Shown piece after piece: positions 51,494 through 64,000 of a stretch of DNA of 64,000 nucleotides. The notes below the pieces were generated by a model, which saw only the letters and a list, made by a program, of their open reading frames with translations, was not told the DNA's origin and did not search any database. Origin of the DNA: Eledone cirrhosa (lineage: Eukaryota); assembly GCA_964016885.1 (NCBI GenBank), contig OZ024743.1:166842001-166906000 (forward strand). Direction: 5' to 3'. The position numbers were made by a program, and so were the translations under genes. How positions within the stretch are numbered: the first letter of the stretch is position 1; each line of letters begins with the position of its first letter.

Positions 51494-51840
51494 GTGGAGG
51501 CACATGCTTAGTGGTTAGAGCATTGGCCTTGCAATCGAAAGGTTGTGAGTTCAATTCTCAGACCGGGTGATGTGTTGTTTCCTTGAGCAAGACACTTTAT
51601 TTCACATTACTCCAGTTTACTCAGCTGTAGAAATGAGATGATAGGGACTGGGGTCCCTATCATTCCACTGCAAAGTGGTCGTGGAGGTGCCACGGCAAAA
51701 AAGCACCCAGCACTCACAGTAAATGAGGTTGGTGTTAGGAAGGGCATCCAGCTGTAGAAATCAAGCCAGAATCAGTTCCCGTCCCACCCTTGCAAGCAGG
51801 GAAAAGTGGATGTAAAATGATGATGATGATGATGATGATA
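51494..51840 (+). mobile_element. Full-length tRNA-CORE SINE with RTE-derived body and tail
   Basis: A box tgcttagtgg, B box gagttcaattc, CORE-like ccttgagcaagacact...cagtttactcagctgtagaaatgag, and a tail cccacccttgcaagcagggaaaag...(tga)n nearly identical to the RTE 3' end at 59370-59425. Confidence 0.85.
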
Positions 51841-52196
51841 CATTTATATATATATACATAAATATATACATATATATATATATATATATACATACACATA
51901 TATATATATATATATATATACATATATATACACATATATATATACATATATATATATACATTTAAATATATCAGACATCTCTCTAGGACACAGGTTCTCA
52001 ACCCATTTAGGCCAAACGCCCCCTTTTGTCCCTTGAAATCATGAAATCGGTGGAAAGGGGAGACTGATATACATGGGTGACTGCTGGACTTCCACAAACA
52101 ACCTTGCGCCTCAAAGGGGATCTTTGTAGGTGCAAATTCCATGCTCATTTGTGACCGAAGGTGGTCTTTATCCTTTTTATATATATATATATATAG

Positions 52197-52380
52197 GAAC
52201 GAGTAGGACCCGGACGGCTAATTCTGGATTTAAAAAAAAATTTTTTTTTTTAGTACAGAATTAGCCTTCGAAACAGCTTGAGCTCAGCCGTCGGGGTCCT
52301 ACTCGTTCTTAGTACCCACTCTACTACCCTAAGTATTGAGTACTTTGGTGCGTTATGGTCCACCTGGTTCCTTACCACAT
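52197..52380 (+). repeat. Fold-back copy of hammerhead family E terminal repeat
   Basis: GAACGAGTAGGACCC(G)GACGGCT ... AGCCGTCGGGGTCCTACTCGTTC inverted arms enclose stem II and GAAA-stem III of the 55052 motif. Confidence 0.75.
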
Positions 52381-52394
52381 TTCCTTCGTTATAT

Positions 52395-53898
52395 ATCATC
52401 ATCATCATCAACGTTTAACGTCCGTGTTCCACGCTTGCATGGGTTTGGACGGGGGTTTTCCCACTTGAGGCAAGAGTGATTATCTTGCTCGCATAGGACT
52501 ATCTGGCGGGTTTTCTACAGCTGGATGCCCTTCCTAACACCAATCACATTTACAGTGTGGGGCTGGGAGGTTTTTACCGTGTTGCCTACACGGCCACATT
52601 ACAGCGTGGACTGTCTGGCAGGTTTTCTACAGCTGGATGCCCTTCCTAATACCAACCACATTTACAGTGTGGGGCTGGGAGGTTTTTACCGTGTTGCCTA
52701 CACGGCCACATTACAGCGTGAACTGTGTGTTTTTTTGACGTGACACTACACGATCTCATTTGTTTCGGCCTGGATGTTGTGGCACCAACACAACTTTACA
52801 TTGAAAGGGGCGGTGTGGATGGGGTGGGGGTGGTGGGACGGGGGTGTATTTTGTTAGAGATGCCTACTGACTGTAGTAGGTTTTACTTTGTATTTAGGTA
52901 AGGCGGGTCTTCTCTATTACTGAGTACCGCCAAAGGTCTCGGTCCAGTGACATTGTCTTGGTGAAGTGTAAGTGTGTGAGGTCGGAATTTATCAGCTCGT
53001 CCCAGGTTTTTCTGGGTCTGCCTATTCCGTGGCTACCGTCTATCTTTATTGCCCTGCACTTTGTTATACAGCTATCGTCCTTCGTGCGCATCACGTGACC
53101 ATACCAACGTAGCCTTCTCTCGAGTAAACAACATCTGATCCCTCTTATTTCTAATTTTTTCCTTAGTTCGCTTATGCTTTGCCGTTCACGTATATTACTA
53201 TTACACATCCAGCGGAGCATGCAAGCTTCGTTTCTCTCTAGTCTGCGTATATCCTCTGCACACAATGCCCAGGTCTCACTGCCATGCAACATTGCTGTTC
53301 GTATGCAGGCATCGTACAACTTGCCTTTCATTTTTAGAGAGAACCCTTTAGCGGCTAATAGTGGTATAAGCTCTCTGAACTTTTTCCATCCAGTTCTGAC
53401 TCTAGCTACTGTACTTTCAGAGCACCCTCCCCCACTGCTGATTTTGTCACCCAGGTAACGGAAGCTGTCCACTATTTCTATAGAACCCTCTGCGCAGTTG
53501 AAAGAGCTAGTATTTTGTGGGCACTTGCTGCTATTTATTGCACCAGAGCACCGGCCACATGTGAAATCTATGTTCTTAGTTAGCTTACCTGTGATCCCAC
53601 TACATCTTTTATGCACCCATACTTTGCATTTGGGACACAAAATGGAGTTTCTACCTACGCCTTTCCTACACACTGAGCATGGCCACTTCCCGGAAGGGAC
53701 CGGCATCTTATTTTCTTTCTTACAAACTAGAACTTTAGTCTTAGCCAGGTTAATTTTAAGGCCTTTTGATTCTAGGCCGTGCTTCCATGTTTGGAATTTC
53801 TTCTCTAGCTCGGCCATTGATTCAGCTATGAGTGTTAGGTCATCTGCGTATAGGAGTTCCCATGGGCAACCGGTCTTGAACTCCTCTGTTATAGCCTG
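52395..53898 (-). mobile_element. Young 5'-truncated RTE LINE with PHD finger and full modular 3' UTR
   Basis: Open 307-aa ORF nearly identical to 35600-36496; the 3' UTR matches 316-915. Confidence 0.93.
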
Positions 53899-55051
53899 AC
53901 CCGGGGGGGTAGACTAGGGCTATAACACCCCACTTGCCGATTTTGTATCGGGTAACCCCTGCTTGCAAAGGTAGACCTAATATCTTCTATATCTTTTTAT
54001 CACTTCCTCTATATTTCCTTCTTCCCCCCCATCCCTCCCTAGTCCTTCCACCCCAGTCCTCTTTCTTTGTCGTCGTCCTCTTACTTTCTCGCCCACCCGA
54101 GGCAGTCCCTCGGTCCCTTGTAGCCTCAGTACCACCCCCCCCTTCCCCTAATCTATGATAGATTTGGCCGACTCCGCTTTTTATAACAGATGTGTTAGAC
54201 CCCGGATACTAGCCTTTCTTATCCGATGGCCGCACCTTTTCCGTGCCTTCTATATTTCTTAGTGGTATCTTTGCTTTAATTTCTCGTATATCAGTATTTA
54301 TTTGGGGGGGGGGGGGATTCTGAATTAAATTTCCGTATCAAATTTTACATATACTTTGTACGAGCATTTATGTAGTTTGCACTAGAATTTTTGTAGCGTG
54401 GCGGCACCCTTAGAGATAGTATTAGTGTTCATTTTCGGGATTCTGAATTATTATTTCATATTAGTTTATTTTTTTTGCACTGGGTGGTTGCTGGCCTTGT
54501 GCCTGGGGTAGAAACCTTTATTTCATACTGGTCTCGGGACTCTGATTTATTATTTTGTGGTAGTTTCTTTAGTATTTTGGCCCCCCACTTGTTGACCTGT
54601 CACCGTAAGATATATTCGGTTGTTTACTTATACCTCTTAAAAGGGTCTCATTATAATTCCGTCCCACCTAGTAAACCTTGCTTTAGTCTAGCAGTACCAG
54701 TGAGAGACTTGATAGCTGTCCTTAGGTTATAGTAACCAGAAATTGTTTTTTTCTTTACACTTAATTGTTTTTTAACACTCCCGGTATATTTCTATATATT
54801 TACCCCATATTGTTTTACTTATTGTTTCGACTTCCTCCCCCTCCCCCCCTAGTATCTTCTTTGACCTCCTGCCCAGCCGTAGTTGGCACTATCAACGCAC
54901 GACTGGGTTTCTTCCACCCCTCTCCCTCTTTCTTCTACTGGCAGGTTCAGCTACCCCTTCCCTCCACAAATTGCCACGATAGAATTATTATGTCTCAACA
55001 ACAAACTTTTGACCAATCCTTGTGACAATCACTTTTACCATATATGGAATT

Positions 55052-55147
55052 ACCCCCTGAGAAGCTCGGCTATTCAAATACCAGGATAAAAATTTTCATT
55101 TAGTCCAGAATTAGCCGTCGAAACAGCTTGAGCTCAGCTGTCGGGGT
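55052..55147 (+). ncRNA. Type I hammerhead motif, family E (degenerate CUGANGA box)
   Basis: ACCCC-CTGAGAA-[long stem II CGGCTA/TAGCCG]-GAAA-CAGC ttgagctca GCTG-TC-GGGGT. GUC triplet and palindromic loop III; partial copies at 31685-31715 and 52212-52297. Confidence 0.7.
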
Positions 55148-55159
55148 CCTACTCATTCC

Positions 55160-55216
<57 letters not shown>

Positions 55217-55234
55217 TACATATATATATACATG

Positions 55235-56690
55235 TCATCATCATCACAATTTAAACGTCCATTTTCCATACCTGCATGGGTCAGATGCGTTGCCCGCATC
55301 AAGGGCAAGTCTGGCCAGAATTGGCCACACCGTACCTTATTTCCATGGGACTGTAAGTTTGGCCAGGGTTTTTACAGCTGGATCACCTTTGTAATACCAA
55401 CCACATTTACAGTGGGGTACTGGATGGAACCATTATGGGGAAGGACAGGTCTGTTGGCTGGGTTGAACTCTTCTCACAACGGAACCATAGTTCAGTGCTG
55501 CCAACTTTCCTGTCGCTCAGAGCAGTACCATCCAGTTCCACATTGCACTAAACCTTTCTGGAGCCTGGGACTAGATGGCATCGCTATGAGAAGGGACATG
55601 CCAGTTGGCCACAGTGGAACCATAGTTTGGGAGCTGCAACCGCATTTGCAGTGTGGAATTGGATGGCACTGCTATGAGATGGGAAGGCCACTTAGCTGCA
55701 CTGAACCCTTCTCACAGTGGAACCACAGTTTGGGAGTAGCAATTGAGTTTACAACGTAGAATTGGATGGCATCATTATGAGGAGGGGCAGGCTAATTGGC
55801 CACATTGTACCCTGCTCACAGCGGAACCATATATCATGAGGGAGGTTGGGCCAGTTGGCCATGTCAAGCCTTACTCATAACGGGAACCATGTTCCTGGGT
55901 GGACCTTCCATCGAAAGTGTCTGCAGTTTGGGGCTGAGTGGCGCCAATATGAGCTGAGTCCAGGGTGGAGTTGTTGACATGGGTTTTTTGTCATACGTTG
56001 TGTCATCCTCATTGGGAGATTTAGTTGAGTCAGGTCTGCCTTTATTGTTTCATTCCACATCTTCCTGGGTCTTCCTCTTTTGAGGTATCCTGCAACCTTT
56101 AAATCCCTGCACCGTTTTAAACAGCTGTCATCCTTCATGCGCATCACATGACCATGCCATTGCAGTATTTTCTCCTGCACACAGCATTTGATCCCTCTTA
56201 TGCTCAGTTTCCCTCTTAATGCATTTACACTTTGCTGTGCATGCATACTTCTATTACACATCCATCTGATCATGCAGGCTTCATTTCTTTCCAATCTCCA
56301 TAGGTCCTCAGGGTGCAGAACCCATATTTCGCTTCCATGTAGCACTGCTGAGCACACACAGGCATTGTACAGCTTGCCTTTTATCTTTAGTGAGAAACCT
56401 TTTCTAGTTAGCAGCGGCAGTAGCTCCATGAACTTTTTCCAACTTGTTCTTACTCTGTCAACTGTACTTTCTGCACAGCCACCTCTGCAGCTGATTTGGT
56501 CACCCAGATAGCAGAAGCTATCAACTATTTCTATGGGGTCTACTGTGCAATTGAAGGAGCATATCGCTATCTGCAAATCAGTCATTAGACCTCCTTGATC
56601 TCACACCCACTGATGCAGATGTTGCTTGGAATACTTTGTCTTAAAATCTTCCCAAAGGTTGCTCGGGTCAAGTGTGATATTATCTAATGC
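55235..56690 (-). mobile_element. RTE LINE 3' part with tandemly repeated 3' UTR
   Basis: IVDSFCYLGD...LQWHGHVMRM...GRPRK; the ggaaccatagtt/gatggca..ctatgag unit repeats across 55480-55900. Confidence 0.85.
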
Positions 56691-56739
56691 AGGTATGGCT
56701 GAGCAGAATGTAAATGTCCTCACATTAATAAAATATAAT

Positions 56740-59270
56740 TGAGCAATGGTGTGTTCCGGAACAGAAGACAAGAAACTCCAACAGAAACAGTACAATAGAA
56801 GGGAAATGGAAATCCGCCACTTGAGAGAAGAAATCAAAGCTCTCAATAAACAGTGCAAGATAGCCTCGGGCAGTGACAGAACAAGCATCAAAGATCTAAC
56901 AAGTCAACTCCAAGAATATCTTTACAGATTCCGAAGGACAGAAAGAACTCAGAAGCAGAGGAGAGAAAGGGAAAGGAAAAGGGCTCAATTTATAAAAGAC
57001 CCTTTTTGATTCACCAGATTGCTACCAGTGAACCATCCTGGAGGGAAGTCAGAGAGTTGATATAAAGAGCCAAAACGACTTCTGTCCTAAGCAGTATAAC
57101 TTACAAAGTATATAAGAAATGTCCATTGCTCCTTCAGAGATTGTGGAAGCTCTTCCAGTTGATCTGGAGAAAGGGAATCATTGCATCATGTTGGAAGAGG
57201 GCAGAAGACTGCTTTGTGCCAAAGTTAGAAAACTCTTCATTCATCAGTCAATTTAGAACAATCACACTCCTAAGTGTGGAAGGTGACCTGACAGTGGTTT
57301 AGCTGGATTTAGCCAATGCATATGGATCAGTCCCTTATGCCCGCATACAAACAGCATTAGATCATTACCATATCCCTCAACACATCAAGGGAATGATCAC
57401 CAGCTACTTTTTAGGTTTCCAGATGCAGTTCAAAAGAGCCCATTTTACAACTCAGAGCTGGAAAAAGGAATTGTAACCGGCTGCACATTCTCTCTCATTC
57501 TCTTAATTACAGGAATGAACCACCTTATAACAGATGCTGAGAAAGAATCCCAAGGACCAAGTATGTTATACCCAATAAGAGGTTTCATAGATGATAACAC
57601 TATGACAACCACAACCAAGGAGGAGGCGAGATGGGTGATAGCAGTGTTTGACAATGTAGCAACATGGGCAATGATGAGGCTCAACATGGGCATGATGATC
57701 AGGATGATAAAGATGTGTCAGGGTGTTAAAGATGTGCAGATTGCAAGTGCAGGGAGAGATTATTCCATCAATCCATGGAAACCCAGCAAAATGCCTTGGA
57801 ATGTGGTCTGGTGACTCACTTTCTAACAAGAAAAACATCAATACAGAAAGACAGATAGAGGAATGGCTGAGGAGAACTGAGAAATCAGGGCTCCCAGGGA
57901 AGTTTAAAGTATGGCTCTACCAGCATGACCTGTTGCCAAGACTCATATGGCTGCTAACCGTGTTTGAGCTGGCTATGTCAAGGGTGGAAAGGAAATCAAC
58001 AAATACCTCTGATAGTGGTTGAGAATCCCTCCAAGCTTCACTAAAGTTAACCTGTACATAAGATCAGGACAGCTCCAGCTTCCCGTCTCATCTGTGGTAG
58101 AGGAATTCAAGGTGGAAAAATGCAGAATGATGATGATGTTTAAAGACTCACAGAATGCACAAATCAGAGATGAAGGTGTAGCTATAAGATCAGGACGCAA
58201 AAGCAGAAAGTATGCTTTTCAGAAAGTATGCTGAAGCAAAGGGATATCGTTGGAATAACATGCATGGAAAGAGAGAGTCTTGGAACTTTCCATTTCTATC
58301 TTTGGGGTAAAGCAAACAAAAAAAAGAAGCGAGCCATGATCCAGGAAGAATTGAGGTACCAGGAGGAGGAAGGATAAAAATGAAGAGCTGTGGAACTAGC
58401 ATCCCAGGGAGCCAGGACTAAATGGAACGTCACCAAAAGGAAGATTACTTGGGCAGATATATGGAGATTGAAACATTTCTGAATCTCCTTCCCGTTGTGA
58501 TCAGTGTATTATATGCTACAAACACCAACAAATTTGCACAAGTGGGGCAAAAGGGATGATGAATCGTGTCAGTTCTGTGGAAAAAGAGGCACTGTAGTCA
58601 CATTTTAGTAGGGTGTAAAACAGTTCTTGCCCAAGGGAGATATAGATGGCACCACGATAAAGTGCTCATGACACTTGCCAACACTCTGGACCTAGAGAGA
58701 TACAGGGAACACCAAAAAGAGAAGAAATTGACATCATCAATTAGGTTTGTGAATGAGGGAGAGAAGCCATCTACCAGAGTTACAATAACATGTGACCTGC
58801 TATAAATGGCTCAATAATGGGATATGAGGTTGATCTGGAAGGTAGGTTTCAGTTCCCCCGGCTTGTTCAAACATCTCTGAGGCCAGATGTAGTACTTTGG
58901 TCTGAAAGGATAAAAAAGATAATCCTGATTGAACTCAGAGTTCCATGGGAAGAAGAATGTGGTAATGCATTTGTGTGAAAGAGTGCCAAATATCAAGAAC
59001 TTGTTCAAGAGTGTAGGGAAAAAGGTTGGCAGGCATGGCTATTTCCAGATGAAGGCTGCAATTTGTGGTATGGTGGAGGCAGCAGAAAGGGCCTCTTGTT
59101 GGTTTGGGAGCAGGAGAGAGGAGATAAACCGAAAGCCAAAAGGCAAAGATGGGTAGTAATTTAGGCACAACTACTAACTCACCAGCATAAGGGTGTTACA
59201 GTTGAGGGTCAAAACATCCAATGAACACTGGACACCATCTGTTGACACCAAGGCTATGTTCACCAAAGGT
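56740..59270 (+). mobile_element. Hero-clade (RLE-type) non-LTR retrotransposon, degenerate
   Basis: LDLANAYGSVP, GIVTGCTFS, IRGFIDD, GLPGKFKVWLYQH, CQFCG..HILVGC...GRYRWHHDKVL and RPDVVLWS...IELRVPWEE. Confidence 0.8.
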
Positions 59271-59369
59271 GAATAAATATAAGACATCTTCTTATATAAG
59301 GCATCTTCCTATATATGGATATGTGGTGCATATGAAGGATGACACCCAGTGGCGGACTGGCACTGGGTG

Positions 59370-62300
59370 TATCATCATCATCATCATTTCACGTCCGCTT
59401 TTCCCTGCTTGCAAGGGTGGGATGGGTCCTATTCAGCACAGCATCTCTCCACTTGTCACGGTCCTTCGTCATCGCCTCGGTGAGTTTCAGCGATCTGAGG
59501 TCTGCTCTCACCACCTCCGCCCATGTTTTACGTGGTCTACCTCTACTGGGATTTCTTGGCACTTCTTTACCCATTGGTCATCCTCCATGCACATCACATG
59601 TCCATACCATCTCAGCCTTCTCTCCTATACACCACAACTTATCCCTCTTATACCCAGTTTCTTTCTCAACTCGTCCATGCTTGGTCGTTCACGCACATTG
59701 ACATTATACATCCTATGGAGCATGCTTGCTTCATTTCTCTCCAGCCATCGCATGTCCTCTGCAGTTGCTGCCCATGTCTCACAACTATACAGCATCATGC
59801 ATCTCACGCAGGCATCATATAACCATCCTTTCGTATGTAGGGAGAAACCCTTCTTTGTCTAAAGGAAGCAGCTCCCTAAACTTCTTCCAACCGTCCTTAT
59901 TCTAGATACTATGGCCTCAGAACACCCACCTCCCATTCTAATCTAATCACCTAGGTACCGGAAGCTATCAACCACTTCTATAGAACCCACCTGCATTGGA
60001 AAAATGTGTCTATCACTGCGTTTAATACTGCCAACTTTCCCTATACAGCTACTGCATACATAGTTTTCCCTACCTGTTAGTTTGCCTGCTATCCCACTAC
60101 ATCTCTTGTGTAGCCAAGATCTGCATTGCGTACATTTTATGGAGTTTATGCCAATTCCTTTCCTACATATCAAACATGGCCATTTCCCTGATGGAATCGG
60201 AGTATTGTCCTCTCTTCTACTTATCAACACTTTTGTTTTAGTCCTCTTGATTCCAACTGCTGTTTCCATAGCCAGAATTTATTCTCTAGCTCCTCTACTG
60301 ATTCTGCTATAAGAGCCAGATCATCATCATATAGAAGTTCCCATGGGCATCCAGTCTTAAACTCCTGTTATGGCTTGGAGGATTATAATGAACAAGAGTA
60401 GGCTGAGGACTGAACCCTGATGTACACCTACTTGTATCTGGAATTCCTCACTAAACTCCATACCTACTCTCACTTTACTGACAGCACCCATGTACATAGC
60501 TTGCACTGCCCTCACAAGCCATTCCTCTACACCTAGTTTCCTTAGGGACCACCAGATGTCAGATCGGGGTACCCTATCAAAGGCCTTCTCTAGGTCAACA
60601 AAAGTTAAGTATAGTGGCTTATTCTTCTCTAAGAACCTCTATTGTAGTTGCCTCACTAAGAAGAGAGCATCTGTTGTACTTTTCCGAGGCACAAAACCAA
60701 ACTGCATCTCATCTAATTTGACCCTTTCCCTTCAGTTGCGCTAATATTCTCTGTCACTTTCATAACCTGATCCATCAGCTTTATGCCCCTATAATTGCTC
60801 CTCTCCAGAGCATCCCCTTTACCTTTGTAGCAATTTATGAGAATACTGCTGCACCAGTCTTTGGGTATGACACCACCATAAATAGCTTCATTGATGATGC
60901 ATGCAACCAGTTTAGAGCCTACTTCTCCTGATGCCTTCAGCATCTCAGCAACTATCCCCGACGGTCCAGCAGCCTTACCATTCTTCTTTTCTTTAATTGC
61001 CTCTTGTACCCTATATTCGTCAATCTCAATAGCTGGTCCCTCTCTTGGGTCTACTGGGGGTAATTTTTCTCTCTCCCACTCGTTCTCCACATTCATCAAT
61101 CTCTCACAGTGACATTTCCAGGCCTCCTTTTTTTGATCATTCGTGACACTAAGTACACCGGCATCATTTCGGACACATCCTGATTTGCACTGACACACTG
61201 CCTTGCAATGTGGAACACTGAACGTCTCTGATCTCCCCGTCGCAGAACATTGGCAAACCTCCTACTCTCAGCCTCCCTGCGTGCTAAGTACACCTGACAT
61301 CTAGCTTCTCTCCTAGCAGCTGTGTATCCTTCCCTACACCCACCGTTTTTCCAAGCCTTCCATGCCAGTCTTTGGTCTCTAATGGCCCTATCTATCGTGT
61401 TGTTCCACCACCAGGTTACTCTGTCTGGTTGAAGCTCTGCCCCAACCACAAGTTTCTTCAGTAGCCTGCAGTAAGTTGTCATGTAAGAAATTCCAGTTAT
61501 CATCTATGTCATACAACTCTAAATCGTCTTCTTTTTCGTCAAACATGTCTTGAAGGGCTTTGTTAAATTTATATTTTAATGAAAGGTCTTTTAGCTTCGA
61601 GACATTTCTTTTCCACACCTTCCTGTATGTCTCATTCTTTCTCATGCTTACTGAGATTTCACTAACGACTAACCTATGCTGCGGGGTACATTCTTCCCCA
61701 GGGTATGCCTTAGTATTTGACACCATCTGTTTGTCTCCCTGTCTAACGAGCAGGAAGTCAATCTGGCTTATGTGCTCGCCTGATTTGTAGGTTATTAGGT
61801 GGTTGGTAGGCTTCTGGAAGTTAGTGTTGCAAATGGTTAGTGCATTTGCATCACAAAATTCAAGAAGCCTCACTCCTTCATTTCTTTCGCCGTAACCGTG
61901 CCCACCATGTACCCCAGTGTATCCATCCTGGAGCTGTCCAACATGACCATTGAAGTCCCATGCTAGCATAACAATGTCTCTGTCCTCTATCATTGAGGGT
62001 GTTTGTAAAAGTTACTCGTAAAAGCAGTCTTTCTCTTCTTTTTCTAGGCCTGCCTGGGGAGCATAGCCAGAGATGATTGTCAGTAGTCTCTTGCCTACAA
62101 CTAATCTAAGCTTAATTATTCTATCACTAACTCTAACTACCTCTATTCTCTTATTGATCCACCTCTCAGCCAGTAATATGCCCACCCCACCTAACCCATC
62201 ATCATTACCCACCCAGAAAAGCTTATAACTACGATGTTTGCCTGCGATTAGTCTTGCAGGGGCACCTCTCCATCTCACCTCTTGCACACAGCACACATCC

Positions 62301-62860
62301 ACATACCTTCTCTCCAGCATCTCCGCTATTTCACCAGATCTACCTGTTACAGTGCCAACATTAAGTGTGGCAACTCTGAGATGCGACGTCTCGTTCTTTT
62401 TCCTGTTGTGTGATTGCTTGATGATGGTTGTGGGGTTCTCACACATGGCCGCACCACCCACCCCACTACCATGCACAGCCCTAACATGGTTAGTGTTATC
62501 GCTGTTTACACTGTTGTTGCAAATTTCAATTGTTGTGTTCATAGTGTTTGGCAGTAGTATATTTACTGGTTGGATGCCCTTCATAACACCAACACCACTT
62601 TACAGCATGGACTGGGTGCTTTTATTCGTTCCACCAGCACTAGAGAGATCGTCTTATTGGACTCAGGGACCTTAGCCACCCCTCCATTTTACAGCATGGA
62701 CTGGGTGCTTTTATTTGTGCCACAGCATTAGGGAAGTTGTCTTACTGGACTTAGGGGACTTCTCTACCCTGCACCAATTTATTCGGAGTGGTAGCTCTCC
62801 TAGACGGGTTGCCTACACTACGGCTTACGGAGCCTCCATCCACCCCTTGTCTGTTTGATA
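59370..62860 (-). mobile_element. Near full-length RTE LINE (APE-RT-PHD), inactivated
   Basis: ATLNVGT, CCVQEVRW, DFNGHVG, PQHRLVV, NYRGIKL, YDDD, a C4HC3 finger and an (ATG)n tail; 5' UTR to ~62860. Confidence 0.92.
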
Positions 62861-63001
62861 ATATATTCACAAGGGTGCAGTTATCGTACAGCGTCAGGCA
62901 TGTATACCAAATGTGGTAGAGGTGGGGTGGGTGGGAAGTGAGAAGGAAATATGGCTATACGCACAAATTTAAATATTAACATTCACATCACATATATATA
63001 C

Positions 63002-63048
<47 letters not shown>

Positions 63049-63543
63049 TATACATACATATATACATGTCACATACCTTCATATATATATAAATATGTAC
63101 AAATGTCATGTGAACCGAAAATTCTTGGAGATAGGAATAATAACAATAAACTTATTTCAACGGATTCTCCAAATCTATATATACACATGTACATGTACAC
63201 ACATACACACTCCCAGATATATATATTGAATGAGTGTGAAAGACCAAAGATCATTATTGAAGGTCTCTGGATGTGTATACTTTTTATTGGAGAAGATAAG
63301 AACAGTTACTTGCATACTCTACTCTAAATAACAGTATACTATACATTCACGATTATTTAAAAATTTAATCATAACATTCTGTATTAACATTTAGTATTAC
63401 TGTATACTGCCAGTAATATGTACAGTATATATATACACTATAATTAGTAAAAAAAATACACATATCTTTCTGCAAAAATTTGATTACACCGTTTTGTTTT
63501 CAATTATGTATTTTTTGAAAATGTTATTTATCATTTATCATTA

Positions 63544-64000
63544 TCTATAAAAGGCAGATTGTTGTTGTTGTGTGTGTGTGTGCATGTTCCATGTTTATAC
63601 ATTTGCACAATTTCAAACCGATTCGACTCAAAGTCTGTAAGAATGTTGTAAATGGTCTAACTTAGGTCAACAACTATTTATTTCATTCACATTCACCCAT
63701 AATTATGGAAATAATCGATAAAACTAAATACAATCAGATACCCCTCTAATACAATCAGATACCCCCTCTCTACTCCCCTTAAACTTTAAGAGAGAGAGAG
63801 AGTGAGAGAGAACGTTTGTTTTTGAGTGTGGAACGGTCAAACATTTATTTACTTCATTGACAAAGAGAACTTATTACATTTCATACAAAACAACAATTAT
63901 TCAAAAGGAACAGATAAATTTATTCAACAACAAAAAAAAATAGCGATAAATCTTTTTTTAAACATCTATCAACGAACGTGGAAGAAAGAAGTATCAGTTC
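63544..64000 (+). mobile_element. Probable 5' part of a non-autonomous Helitron
   Basis: A|TCtataaaagg, a (GT)n tract and a ttcaaaccgattcgactcaaa motif, similar in layout to the 27396 element. The 3' end is not in the window. Confidence 0.5.

Noticed and set aside
51494-51565. tRNA gene
   Set aside because: It is a tRNA-like SINE head that continues into the CORE domain, with no proper acceptor stem.
55480-55900. Short repeats with variable spacers, CRISPR-like at first glance (also 3450-3700 and 19340-19530)
   Set aside because: This is eukaryotic DNA, and these are degenerate tandem duplications in retroelement UTRs with related spacers and no cas genes.

Overview
AT-rich, microsatellite-dense animal DNA, very probably octopus or another coleoid cephalopod (inferred from the SINE/LINE families and the (TA)n/(ATG)n/(ATT)n content). 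The only host gene I can support is the 3' end of TMEM184C on the minus strand. Its three phase-compatible exons are at 20386-20287, 18986-18812 and 4906-4428, with a ~13.9 kb last intron and an upstream intron of more than 43 kb that runs off the window. Almost everything else is transposon-derived: two L1/Tx1 LINEs, many RTE LINEs (one lineage with a PHD finger inside the RT, another with C-terminal C2H2 fingers), CR1, Hero and CRE fragments, Penelope-like elements (PLEs), a complete but inactivated Chapaev3 DNA transposon, a DD37D maT transposase, non-autonomous Helitrons, MITEs and tRNA/CORE/Meta-type SINEs. The most notable hidden layer is a set of at least five different type I hammerhead ribozyme (HHR) motif families in short, probably PLE-derived terminal repeats. 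Several have non-canonical cores, and two are rearranged into fold-back palindromes whose breakpoints fall in the ribozyme helices. All alignments and folds were done by eye, and boundaries of degenerate elements are approximate.
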